The position numbers and the translations under genes are program-made. The notes under the pieces were generated by a model. That model had not been told where the DNA came from. It saw only the letters and a program-made list of their open reading frames with translations, and ran no database searches. A stretch of 64,000 nucleotides of DNA from Camelus ferus. Taxonomy: Eukaryota. Positions within the stretch are counted from its first letter, which is position 1. Every line of letters begins with the position of its first letter. Shown here piece after piece: positions 25,520 through 38,853 of this stretch. The stretch lies in assembly GCF_009834535.1 (NCBI RefSeq), contig NC_045697.1:84570001-84634000 (forward strand). The letters run 5' to 3'.

Positions 25520-27990
25520 ATACATTAGTTCTCTCCTACAGTTCTTTCAACTGTTATGTTCCAGTTTCTCTCTCAAGAAGCAATAGCTTTTAACTCTTCC
25601 TAAAACTGTCTTTTATTATTTATACATCTCTATTTTTCCAAATAAATGTGTTTTGCCCTTTAATTAATCAATTTTAAAGATTACTGATTTACTTTCTATT
25701 ATAATGAATGATGTTTTAGGACTTCCATACACCATCTCCTCTTCTCCCTTCTTCTATCTTTTTAATATAATTAAATTACAGTTTTGGTTAAATCAATATT
25801 TACTGTTTAGTTATGATGTCTGTGTAACTGTTGTTCATGGTATAAAATGTAGTAGTTTGTTTTCTTACTTACCTTTAGTTTTAACTAAGTCCAATGATTG
25901 AATTTTTTCCATTTCCTTATTTTTTTGTATTTATATCTCTTTCCCCCCCATGATTTCTAATAATATCTCTATATAATTTCTACAATGTTAATCACATAAG
26001 TAAATTTATAATTTTAGATGTTTTTGGAAACATCTCTATGATTGGCTTTCATTTTGCTTCCATCTTGGCTGGTTTCTCTTTAGCCTTTCTATACAATAGT
26101 CATCCTGGAGCTTCTCTTTCTGATTATTTGGGGTATTTCCTTTGCCTTATTCCTAAATTGGATTCCAAATTTACTTTCTCGCCCATGTGCTCTTGCTTTT
26201 TCTCATTTCCCATATATTCTCTTGTTTTGAAGGAATAGATTCTTCAGTACTTCGTAAGTTTAGAAAGATGATACAATGGAAAAGGGCATTTTGATGACTG
26301 TCCTCAACATATATGTCTCTTTAGTCCTTCTACTGTAATTGGACTAGTTTTCCACTGCACTAAATGGTTGTTGTTTTGGCATTTCCCTTGAATGCAATCC
26401 TGTTAAATCTTTTGCTTTTCTCTTGTGTTCAATCTCTTCTTTTCTGTATCTTATTTCTTCCTCTTTCTTGATTCATTTCCTTTTTTGTTGGAAGACATCC
26501 TTCAGTTACTTTCTGAACAAAGATGTGTGAGAGAGAGTTTTGAGAACTTACTGTACCTATAAAAGTCTTCAGATTACCTTTATCTTTGATTTATGGTTTG
26601 GGTAAAGTTGGAATTATTCTTTCCTCTGAATTTGATGGGATTTTCTCACTTGCCTTCAGTGTTATTGCTGAGTACTCTCAGACTGTTTGATTTCTTATTT
26701 ATAAAGTAACTTGTTTCCCCCCATTCCTAGTGTTCTGAAATGTCATAATGATATGCTTTGAGAAGGGTTAATTTTCATCCCTTGAAACTTTTCTAGGAAT
26801 TTATGTCCTTCACTTTTAGGAAATTTTCTTTAATTATTTTATTAATGGCTTCTATACATCCATTTTCTCTGTTTTGTTTGTTTTATTTTGTGGGATTTTT
26901 TTTTGTGTGTGTGTATCATCTCTTTTTAGCCTTTATTATCCAGGTGTTGCTATTTTGGCCTGGTTCTCTTATTTTATTTATTTTTCCTTGCTTTCTGTTC
27001 CTTTGTCATTTTCCTCCCTTTCTTGGAGATTTTCTTAACTGCATTTTTTAACCCTTCTATTGAATTTTCCATTTCTAGATATCTATACTTATTTTGAGGA
27101 CTTCTTTATTAATCTCTGAATCTTTTAATCCATCCTTTTAAAGTTTACCATTTCATGATTGTAAAATGTATTCTTACTTATTAATGATAGATATTGAAAT
27201 TTTTTCTTCTGTAATGTCAGTTTTTCAAAGTTACTTTGTCTGTTTGAAACCACGTTAAAGACTTTACCCAAATTTCTGGTGTCTTTGATATTATCCTCAT
27301 ACTTAAGAATGGGAGACTAAAATGGTAATTGGAAACTCTGAAAATATAGGTGGAAATTACTGATTTTAGCTTCTATAGAGTGATCTAAATGGGATTGTTG
27401 CTGGAGAACCCCGGTATCCCAATGCTTTAAATTTTCCTAAGACTGTGTGTTCTTCTAAGAGAGTTTTCTTTCACAAAAGACTCTTTGGAATGTGAAGATC
27501 AGTGCTCTGGCAGCTGAGTGAGGAAAATAGATTGTGTCTCAGCTTTCAATATTTAATATGTATTCAGTTAATATGAGTTAGTTCTACATTTCGCCAGAAA
27601 ATAATTCACCAGTCTTCAGCAAGGATTTAGGAAGGGTAGATATCAGATTAATGAGAGGGAAGTGTGTCTAGGGAAATCCTAATTTAGCACACATTTCTCA
27701 TCCAATACTCCTTATTTTAACTTCCCCTTTAAACTATAAATTCCAGAAAAACCTATTGTTACAATTCCTGAACCTTTAGAGGATTCTTCTGTGTAAACCT
27801 AAGTTCTTAGATTTTGCTACTGCTGATTTTAAATTAGGCATTCTCACTCCCACATATTTCTCAGGTTCCAGAAGTTTGTTACTTCTCTTGTTTTCCTTGT
27901 GAATTTCTGTCTTTAAAATATGCAATTATACTGAGGTTTCTGAGGCAGTGAATTGAATGTGTTTGTAAAATCTACTCTTTTAACTCAGAT
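25520..27990 (-). mobile_element. HAL1 (half-L1) remnant
   Basis: 'gtcatcctggagcttc', 'catccttcagttactttctga', 'tttttaacccttctattgaattt', 'cacgttaaagactttacccaaatttctggtg' follow the recalled antisense HAL1 order. Confidence 0.7.
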
Positions 27991-29471
27991 TTTTTTTCTT
28001 GACTTCAGAGGGTGACAGATGAAGACTTGTCTTACCATTTATGAGAATACTATGACAATTTAAGTATGTAAAATTAGAATATATCTAATGAACTTCACAT
28101 ATCTCTTAATTTATTTTAAGCATTACTTATTTTTATGAATGCAGAATATTCCCATGACAACAAGCAAATTATCTTTGACAATAAAATTTTAATGTTTTAA
28201 TGACTATTATTCTTGTGTTTGGCAATTAGCAATTATTTAGAATTTAGTCACAGTAAATTCACATAGTACATATTCCTTTTAAGCAGTTTCCAAACTTCTC
28301 TCCTAATTGATTATTGCCTTCATAAGAAAAATTTGTCTTTATCACAACTGTAAGTGCAGTAGAACCTACAGTAAGACTGTCCTTGCTCTGGATATTCCCC
28401 ATATGTCTGAGAGCACTAATTTTATTTTGTGTGCATGTAAGAGAGGGAAAACCAACAGGACTGAAGGACATTGTGCTCTACTTGGATGTCATAGTTTAAC
28501 AGTAGGTAATCTAGAGAATTCATTTATATAACATTTTCAAAGCTAGTAAAATTTCATAAAACCCTAAAAGAATCTATTTTAGTTTTCTTTTATGGAATTC
28601 TTATTAAAATAATCCATCTGATTATCATCTGCACTTAGGCAAAAGAAAAACTTACTGGCACTGTATATGATACAATCAGTTCTGAGCTTCAGTTTTTCCA
28701 ATTGTTGTGCCAAAACTATTTTAAAATGGCACCTGAGCTTAGCATTGCTTAATATGTTCCTTGAACCTTACTTGGTAAAAGATAAGTTTATGTTTTCAAG
28801 GCTATCCTGTGATTTCTGTTTTTAGTTCAGTTTAATATGAATGTTTTAAGTTTGCATGATTCTAACAAGAATACAATGTTAAAACCTGAGGGCTTTTGGC
28901 TTTACAAATGAAATCAAAATAAATAAAGTGAGAAGACTGACTTTACATTATTCAAATAGCTTTTTTAATTTTTAGAAATTAAACTTGAGATTAGTCAATC
29001 CATGTTTGGGAAAATTTTTCAGTTAATGTTTGCAGAGATAATATTTTAAACCTCTTTTCAAATGGATGTTGTAACTGTTTGATGCAATCCAATTTTGTAA
29101 CTTTGTTTTTTTTCTTCTTTAGACCTAATTTGTGTTGTTTGAATAAATAATTCCCAAAAGAATTCCCCTCAAAGTGAGGTCTGAAAATATATTGCAAGTT
29201 ACCTGCTTTTCTCACTATCTTGAAACAAGATTAGTTAGATTTATAAATAGCGGGTTAAGTGATTTTATTTAATGTTAGCTGTTCCCCTAAATAGTCTGTC
29301 CCTTCTAAAAGAGCAAGTTATTGATTTTTTTCCCAAGAATTGCACCTATAAGAGTGAGATGAAAGTAGTGTTAATAATGAAAAGGATCTTCATTTGAAAA
29401 CAACTAAAATGAGTGATAGCCTAGTCTAGGTTTCTTCTTTCATTGGCATATGAGAGTCAGAGAAAATAAGA

Positions 29472-29696
29472 GTAATAAACATTGTGAACATTTACTACAT
29501 GTCAGACCCCATTTTATAAGTTTTATGTGCATTAACTTATCTTCATAACAGCCTTGTAAAGTAGATACAATTATTATCATCCCCATTTCATATATGAAGA
29601 AACAGAGTCATGTGACTAATATATAGTAAAGCTGAACTTAGCATCCAGACAGTCTGACTCTGGAGTCCACAAGCTTAATCAACACTCTAAACTGCT
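29472..29696 (-). mobile_element. MIR SINE
   Basis: 'attattatcatccccatttcatatatgaagaaacagag', 'ccagacagtctgactctggagtcca'. Confidence 0.85.
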
Positions 29697-29959
29697 GCTA
29701 CTAGAAGAGAATTCTCCAGAAAAATAGGAGATTGCTACCAAACGAAAGAAAAATAAAGGGAGGTGGGGAAGAACACAAACCAAATGATTCAAGCTCATTG
29801 TGGCTCTGGTTTACCAAGCAGGACGCTAATCAGTATTATTGTGAGATTTTAACCTTATTGGGCTTATAGAGAGAGAAGAGCAACTAAAATAAAGATGGAT
29901 AAAGTAAATGTATCACATTAAAATTTAGTAATTTTTTTCTCAATTATTTATTCTACTGA

Positions 29960-30510
29960 CTTCATTGTGATGGCAAATGGAGGATGAAAGTGGAAACAAT
30001 TTGAGAGTCACGTTAATTCTGAAGTGCTTATTAGACATCCAAATAGCAATGTCAAGTAAGCTGTTGGATGAATGTAACTTAAGTTCAGAAGGAAAGCCTG
30101 GGCTAGAGATATAAATTTTGGAATCATTATGAAATAATGGTATTTAAAGTCATGAAATTGACTGGGATTAGCTAGGAAGAGGATAGAGAAAGAGAAGGAA
30201 ATCATACTAGGGTAAGAGGAGAAGACAATAAAGGAGATTGGGAAAGAGCAGTCAATAGAATAAGAGGAAATGCAGGAATGTGTGTTGCAGGCAAAGCCAG
30301 GAAAGGAAAGTGAGAACAGTCAAACCTGCCAAGGCTGACTGTTAGACTATGTGAAAGGAAAATTTCACTGGGTTTGGCAACGTGGAACTCACGGATGAAT
30401 TTAGCAAAACTAGTTTTAGTGGAATGTGGAGAAGGAAGCTAGATTGAAGGGGATTGAAAAATTAAGGGGAAGTGAGCATGAGTAGACTGATACAGAGAGA
30501 GCCTTGGTAG
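29960..30510 (-). mobile_element. L2 internal fragment
   Basis: 'ttattagacatccaaatagcaatgtcaagtaagctgttggat...gggctagagatataaattttggaatcat'. Confidence 0.85.
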
Positions 30511-30944
30511 AGTAATTGTACCATACTACTTGTAATTGTTCTCATTAGACAAAGTCCGACTGTAATCACTGACCTCCTCAACTCTGTGGAACTGCCATTT
30601 CACGTGATGCTATCATGTTTTCTCTGTATTTGTTTACCTCTTATTTATCCTTCCACCTTATCTTTCCCTTTAAAATCCCATCACTGTGTCTTAGGGAATT
30701 AATTTTTATGGTTAAAAGTCCACAACCAAATCTTTGAATGTTGTTTCTACTTCCTTTATCTTAGCCTTGACTGCAGGGACATTGTTTCCCCTCACATGCC
30801 ATAATGGTCTGGAGTGGGAGCATTATCCTTGTTCACTGTTGTCATTTTCAGGCAATACCCCTGCTCTTTTGAGTTTTCCCAAACAGTTGGATGAGGTTTT
30901 ACTTATCTTTATAAAACAGCAGAGTGCTCAGAGTCTTATGTATA

Positions 30945-31043
30945 GTGTTCACTGTACTGTGTATTTATTTTAGATAAGAGATGTGAACGTCCGCGGATTT
31001 TGGTACCTACAGGAGCTCCTGTGGGATATTGAGGTACAACTGT
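30945..31043 (+). mobile_element. MER2-like (Tigger-derived) DNA transposon end fragment
   Basis: 'cgtccgcggattttggtacc...ggatattgaggtacaactg' matches the MER2 terminus and TIR as recalled. Confidence 0.7.
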
Positions 31044-33788
31044 GTTTTTTCTGTTGCTGATGACCTTCAAGGCTCTTATATTTGTTTTTTCTCTATTAAT
31101 ATTATCTAATATTATACTATTATTTAGGGCCAGACTATAACTCAAAGAAGCATTGTTTCTTTTATATCAGAGAGTAAGGATTTTGATTATGCAATTTTCA
31201 TCTCTACTGTCTTTGGATATTATCTCTGAAAAACAAGAAACTAACACATTTTTTCTAAATATAAAACACCAAAAATAGTCATGTGTAGAAGAATAATGTG
31301 AAATAATGCTACCATTGAGAAAACTTGGGAGCTAATACAGTACACATAAAAGTAGGTAAAAACTGGTGTAACTTTTTGATTGTAAAAATATTTCATATGT
31401 TTATTTTCATTTTAATTTCTAGATTACAAAGTGTTTTGCCAAAGCAAAATTTTTCTCTGAATTTATAATCCAGTTTATCTTCATGAAATGTTCATCTCTT
31501 TCTAATTCAACTTTTAACTCTAAGAAACATTTGAGTCCTAGGAAATTTATCTCTTTGGTGCGAGAATTTTTCAGTGTAAATGAATAACTATTCAGGTTTG
31601 ATTAACTCAATTTGATTAAAAAGATTGAGTGCCCAAGTAGTTGTATAATCTGTGATTTCAGATAATCTTTTAATATTCAAACACTTTTTTTTTCATATAC
31701 CCATAATTAAACCCATGGTTACCATAATTTCTATGTCTGTTATTTGTCACTCACCCAATCATCTCAATGTAGTTTCTTGGTAAGAATAAATGATGTATTG
31801 GGCCATGGCTACTTTTATTATTTAGCATAACAACTCGGAAATGAACCTCCATTCATGATTGTTTTTTTACCTAAGAATAAGCCCCAGTGTGGAAAATAAA
31901 CCTCTGGATGCCAGAGAGATTAATTAGTGATACGAACTCCTGAGGCCCTCACTGTCAGTTCTCAGCACTGTCTTGTGAAAAAGCCTTCTAAGCTAAAACC
32001 TTTCTCTGATTTGTAAATGTAATGTGATTTTTCTTTTAGAAAATGATCACATATTTCAAGAGTCTAATATATTTGATTGTCAATTTGACTTTTCTTTTTA
32101 AATATAAGATAAGATAGTTCAAGGCAGAGACTCAGTTCTTTTGACTGAATCTCCTCAGGCTGATGATGCTACGATTAAAACAACAATAATAACAAATGTG
32201 AAATCTATGGGTTAGGTAGACTGAATTTCTTGATAGCAAGTAGAAAATGATTGTGAAGGCAGATAGAAAATGATTGTGAAGGTAGATTATTTTCCAAGCT
32301 TTATAATAATAGACAGTTTTTTGAATAACTTGCAGTTACTGATCCCCAGAAAAATAGCGTTGACTCTATTGAAACCATTTGTTGGTATTAAATACACACA
32401 CTTTGTAGATCTCTATTTTTCTCACATAAATATTGTATATTTCCTACTTCCCTTTCCTTCTGTGTAAAACAGAATCACACAGCTTTTCATACACTGAGTA
32501 TGAATTATTTTTCTTTTTTGACTTAAGTTACCACCAAACAGTATAGATTTGAAAACAAATAAATTGATCTCAGTTGAAATTTTCTTCTTTAAATATGAAG
32601 AATTTGCAGGTCAGAGCTGTTTAAGTATTAATGTATTAGTTTATGAATTTAGGCAAGTCATTAAACTTCTCAGGATTTCACTTACCTCATCAATGAAGTG
32701 AAAAACTTGGACTAAATTACAAATCCTCATACTGCTAAAATTCAGTTGTTATTTGATTGTCATGAATCGGTCTAAGATTAAAAATTGAAAGTTGAGCAAT
32801 GGATGTTTAATAATCATGAAAGAATTATTAAGTGCTAAATTTATGTATGATGTTTATGACGTTTAATGTTATTCCATAAAATTTAAAGAATTAAGTCTCT
32901 ACCTTGACCTGGCTTATCTTTAAAAAGGAAGAGTCAAATATACAACCAGGTACATTAAAGAAGATATTCTATGTATCTTGTTTTATTTCTTCATCCAATC
33001 TATTACATCTCATAGCTAGACCTCGTGCAGGAAACAGAGGATTCAGAGATGAATAAAACATGGATTCTAACCTCAAGGAGTTTGCAATCTATTTAATATG
33101 TTTAAAAGCCACAGCAAATGTATGACCACGGAAAACCAAGTAGTAAATTTAGAAGTTGGGTTTTTGTGTACTCTTCAGAACTGACTAATTTTCCTTTATT
33201 AAATTAGTCGCTTTCCATGTAAGTGCTAAACTCTTGGATGTTGTGCAATAGTATTTCACAATGCCATATTTTTCCTAGTTTGCAAGCTTGATGAAGGCAG
33301 GGACATGTCTTTCTTATTTAAAGTTGTAATGCTAGCACTTTTTTTTTTTTTAAGTACAGTGATCAGAATGGAGAAGATGCTTTGATGTTTGTTGAAGTGA
33401 ATTAAAGGCATAAGCATATGTTGGTATTTCTCATTATATCGTTTTACTTATTACTTCAGAGTATACACATACAGACTAGTGCACAAAATACTAATGTGTA
33501 GCTCACTGAGTTATGGTAAATAAGCACTTGTGTAGCCACCACCAAGGTCAGTAAAAAGATCATTGCTCCCTGTCAACACTACTCCTTCTCTTCTTCCCAA
33601 AATTGCACTTTCTGACTTCTTGTACTATCCACTGTGGCTCGAGAGGCTGCCAAAAGCATTACTCAGGCTTTCATTACCTCTAGGGGGATTAGGAGGCACT
33701 AAGTGGGAAATTCCAGTCTCTATATGTCTTTCTTCTGACTCTTGGTCCTTGTAATTTAGTCTGTCATAACTGGAAGATCATAATTTTT

Positions 33789-33844
33789 TAAGTTGAAGTA
33801 TAGTCGATTTACAATGTTGTGTTATTTTCTGGTGTACATCAGAG
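33789..33844 (-). mobile_element. Ultra-short (56 bp) L1 3' tail insertion
   Basis: 'ttgaagtatagtcgatttacaatgttgtgtt' L1 terminus; TSD AGATC(A/G)TAATTTTT at 33775-33788 and 33845-33858. Confidence 0.85.
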
Positions 33845-34789
33845 AGATCGTAATTTTTAAAATCAAGGCACAGAGGTCATCCTGAAAATAATTACTAATT
33901 TTACAACTGAACTATAAATAGACATGTTGATTTATAGGTTTTCAAATTATTCTTACTATTTACCGATATTTGGTCTTCAGTTTTGATGCTTATAGTTAAA
34001 TACATAAATATTGTCATATACTCAGAATTTGATACCCAGATTCACATGAAATAAATGAAGGAAAATAAGTTTTCAGGTGATAGTAATGCTTTTATAATAA
34101 ATTTTATTATACATTTTAATCTAATCACACATTTGGTTAGCACAATATACTATATATTATCTTCTTCTAACAAATTAATTTGTCACAAAATTATTTAAGT
34201 ATCAGTTCCTTCATAGAATTTTTAACATGATTCATTTTGGGAAGAACATATATATACTTTCAGGACTATAAACCTAAGAAAAGCATACTCATATTTTATA
34301 ATTGGACACTAATTTTGAATATTATGCCCCTCACATTTCTGGGAATTAAAAATACGGGAAGAGAAACTGGAGTAAACAGTCACACTAAAACATGGGTTAG
34401 ATTCTCTCAGCATCGCACAGTCCTGAATAAGATTGTGTTACTCGTCATGTAGAACTATATTAATGACAACCTAACTTTTTTTCATTTAAATTAAAGTGAT
34501 TAACTTTATTCAAGAATCAGCAGGCTACCCAAAAAGGAATATCAAAATACCTGTTTCTGTCTAGTCTTTTATCTGTCTTTAAGTAATTGTAGATACTTAT
34601 CATTTGGGGTTTAAATTAATCTCAGATATTTCAAAGTGGTCAGTGATACAGCCTTACCATTCTTTAAAAATAATAAGAATTACATGAGCTGAGGAGTACG
34701 AGAAAGCTGAGTAATCAGTGTCCTGACATGTGGAAAAAGGATTGGGGTGTGTGTGTGTGTATCTATACATCTATTTTGGTTGTTTTTAA

Positions 34790-36350
34790 AACATTAATAA
34801 ACTTTATTTTTAGAGCAGTTTTAGGTTCACAGCAAAATTAAGAGGAGGGCTGAGAAACTCCTCTATACCCTCTACCACCACCCATGCACAGGCTCCCCCA
34901 TTATCAACATCTCTCACCAGAGTATACTTACTATAACTGGTGAACCTACATTGACACATCTTTATCATCCAAAGTCCATAGTTTACATTAGGGTTCACTC
35001 TTAGTGTTATACATTCTGTGGGTTTGGACAAATGTATAATGACATGTATCCATCTTGTAGTATCATAGAGTATTTTCACTTCCCTGAAAATCCTCTGTGT
35101 TCTGCCTCCGCCCAACACTGGCAACTACTAACCTTTTTACTGTCTCCATAGTTTTGCCTTTTCTGGAATTCAAATAGTTGGAATCATGCAATGTGTAAGT
35201 AGCCCTTTCAGATTGGCTTATTTCACTTATTAGTATGTGTTTAAGGTTCCTCCATGTCTTTTTATGGATTGATAACTCATTTTTAGTACTGAATACTATT
35301 CCACTGTCTGTATATATCACAGTTTATTTATGCATTCACCTTCTAAAGGACATCTTGAATGCTTCCAAGTTTTGGCAGTTATGAATAAAGTTGCTGTGAG
35401 CTTTCATTTAAGGTTTTTGTGTGGACATAATTTCAACATTTGTGTAAATACCAAGGATTGTGATTACTGGATTGTATGGTAAGAGTATGTTTAGTTTTTT
35501 ACTAAAGTAGTTGTATCGTTTTGCATTCCCACCAGCAATATATGAATTTGTGTTGCTCTGCAACCTCTCCAGCACTTGCTGTTGTCAGTGTTTTGAATTT
35601 TGGCCATTCTAATAGGTGTATAGTGGCATCTCACTGTTTTAAATCTCAGTTCCGTAATAACATATAATGTTGAACTCCTCCTCATATGCTTACTTGCCAT
35701 CTGTGTATCTTCTTTAGTTAGGTGTCTGTTAAGACATTTTGCCCGTTAAAAAAATCAGATTATTTATTTTCTTATTGTTGAACTTTGTAAATGTTGGATA
35801 ACAGTCCTTTATCAGATATGCCTTTTGCAAATATTTTCCCCCGGTCTTGTCTTCTCCTACTCTTGACATTGTCTTTTGCAGACCAGAAGTTTTTAACTGT
35901 AGTGAAGTCCAGCATATCAGTTCTGTTTTTCATGGATTGTACCTTGGTGTTGTATTTAAAATGTCATCATGATACCTGTCACCTAGATTTTCTCCTCTGT
36001 TATGTTCCAGGACTTTTATAGTTTTGCATTTTACATTTAGGTCTGTGATCCATTTGAGTTAGTTTTTGTGGGTGATGTAAGTAAGGTCTGTGTCTAGATT
36101 CTTTTTTTTTTTTTTAAGACGTTAGATGTCCAATTGTTCCAACACCATTTGTTGAAAAGACTGTCTTTGTTCCTCTGTATTGCCTTTGCTCCTTTGTCAA
36201 AGGTGAATTAACTATATGTAGCTCTGTTTCTAGGCTCTCTATGCTGTTCCCTAGATTTATTTGTTTATTCTTATGCCAATATCACACTCTCTGGATCACT
36301 GCAGCTTTATAGTAAGTTTTGTAGTCAAGTAGTGTCAGTCCTCTGACTTA
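34790..36350 (-). mobile_element. L1MC1-like, 5'-truncated
   Basis: Diagnostic tail 'ttttagagcagttttaggttcacagcaaaatt...gaacctacattgacacatc...gtttacattagggttcactctt'; ORF 35491..35700 is ORF2-like. Confidence 0.9.
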
Positions 36351-36429
36351 CTTTTATTTACTGAAAAGCCTCTTCCTGGTTGCTCCAGTACCTCTACAAT
36401 TACTTTATTTTGGCAGCTTCATGCATGTT

Positions 36430-36490
36430 TTTTTTAAATTGAAGTATAGTTGATTTATAGTGTTGTGTTAGTTTCTGGTGTACAGCACAA
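36430..36490 (-). mobile_element. Ultra-short L1 3' tail insertion
   Basis: T run then 'ttgaagtatagttgatttatagtgttgtgttagtttctggtgtacagcaca'. Confidence 0.8.
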
Positions 36491-36499
36491 GCTTGTGCT

Positions 36500-36850
36500 A
36501 TCACACTTTCCTGTCCATTTCACAATACCTCATCTCTTGTCTCTGCATGTCCCTAGATAGAAAGTTTTCCTTTCTGCCTGCCCTTGAATTGGCTGATTCC
36601 TACTCTAAAAGTCTAAGTTCAGACCTAATTTCTCCTTCTACCTCCAAGCCAACTGAGGCACCCCTGTGCTATTCTCTAGCTTTATTCATTTTTATCATAT
36701 TTCATTTACCATACTGAGCTTTAATAGCTATAATACATTTGTCGGTTTTCTGAGGAAAAGGACAGTTTCTTACTAATTTTGATACCCACGAACAACTAGC
36801 CCAGTGGCTAATACATAACAGTTGTTGAATAATGTATGTATGTTGAATTC
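36500..36850 (+). mobile_element. L2 3' region
   Basis: Ends 'ctagcccagtggctaatacataacagttgttgaataatgtatgtatgttgaat'. Confidence 0.55.
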
Positions 36851-37197
36851 CTGATTAAAACTAGAGCTACTGGGAGTTGACTGCATCTGGGTGATCTCTG
36901 AATGTCTGGTTGTCCCTCAGGTTACTTTGTGATACTAAAAAAGATAGAGAAATAGCCTGAGCGTTCAGTGGTAAACCTGGAGATTTAGCATAACCTGTCT
37001 TATATGTTCCAAGTAAGCACAAGTAAGGTGGGACATTTCCTTGTTTCTTTTTCTTATATGTTTATATCTTATCAGGTCATTTGAATTGCTGAGTAGCATA
37101 GTTTTCTATTTATTTTTATGTACTTTTCACTACGTTTTTACTAAAGGGAGTTTTGTGGCATTGAAATAATTATACAATAAAGTAGAGAGCAAAGTAC

Positions 37198-37320
37198 AGC
37201 AGTGTTTATTTTGACCACCTACTATGTCGTAGGCTCTGAACTAGGCACTCTGGTTTCATTATCTCATTCAATTCTCATGATAGCCCTAAGAGAGAGGTAT
37301 GATTATCGCTGTTTTAAGAT
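37198..37320 (-). mobile_element. MIR fragment
   Basis: 'attatctcattcaattctcatgatagccctaagagagaggtatgattatcgctgtttta'. Confidence 0.75.
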
Positions 37321-38853
37321 TTAAAACAAAACAAAACAAATACCTAAAGCACAACTATGATACTCTTATTGTGAGTGCTTTCTCACTTCTTAAAGGGATT
37401 TGACCAATGGCAGTCATATATTTTGCAAATATGGAATTATTTTAGAACAATTCAGTGATCTTTCTGTTGCCTGATTGGAATGACTATGAAATGAGATTTC
37501 TCACAAAGTCATTTTATTTTGAGTTTTAGTCATTTATGAGAGTGGAATTCATTAAAATTTAAACAATGTAGAAATTGGCATCAGTTTCCTCATTTGTAAA
37601 TTAAGTGGTTTCAACAGATCCCCTCTGAGGTCTTTTTTATTCAAATATTTTGTGACTTAAGAAATTTTCAACTTTGTTTATATTTTGATACAGTTAATCA
37701 ACAGAGCTATGACCTGTTAGTAGAAAAAATCAGGAGAAGAATCTAGGAATTACCATAATCTACAAATTGGAAAATCAGTCCTTTAATAGACAATGAACTG
37801 TGTAATTTCTTATGAAGTTATTTCTGTTCCTTTGATATTTAGATATATTTTAATGGCTCTTTGTTTTTATATTTCTGAGCAGGTTTCAATTGTTTAAAAC
37901 ATTGGAGAAATTTTTTCGCAGAAGTATTGCAAATTCTTTTAATAAGTTCTGTGAAGAACTGCATTCAAAGCTGGAATTATTAGAATTAATATTAAATCTC
38001 CAAAGATATATTTCTCAGCAGATGGGAGAATACTTAGGCTATTAAACATAATTCATAAATCACCATCTAGGGTAATGAGACTTTAATGTTCTTTTCAATT
38101 TTTCCATTAACTTTAAGTGTCCAGGGCTTTCAGATAAGTTATTTTGGTACAGTCACTGTGGGATAAATATGACTCTGTTGCTATGGAAAACTTACTCCTT
38201 AAATGTGTGTTTTCCCTTCTGTATTGAAATCTCTAATTCCTTTTCCATACTGCCATAATCTAACATATGAAAGAATATAAAAGTATTCTGAAAAAAATTT
38301 ACTATGATTATTGATATATGAAAATGTGTATCAGAGATTATGGTAATATTAAAAATGAAAAAGAAATAACAGTTTAGCTTTTTTTTTAAGGTAACTTAAT
38401 ATTGTAGCTACCAAGAATCAGAGCTCATCATTAATTCCATAAACTACTGAATCATTTACATGTCATGATCCAGATATGATAATGGCCTCATTTATATAGC
38501 TTGATGGAAAAATTGGAAATTTGAATTTTAAATGTAGAAGTCAAAGTTTCCAGAAGTAGTTTGTCTGAATATTAAGTACCACGTAATGCTCCAAGAAAAT
38601 AGATTTGAGAAGTGCATTCTTAGAGATTTAGCTTATACATATGTCTTGCCATTATGAAAGCTGTTTAATCTAGTTTAATATAGTACTTTACTAACTTGAT
38701 CTTGAAACAGTTATTTTAATAATTAACATATTAATTTATTTTGAAAATTGTTCCACCAAACTCACTCTGAGAAATATTGCAAGATGTCAGTAATCCAAAC
38801 TATTATCATGACATAATTTCCAATTTACTCCCATAAGGATCTGTAAATATTTT

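Noticed and set aside
28009..28068. Good acceptor plus a GTATGT donor
   Set aside because: Stops in all three frames and no other support.
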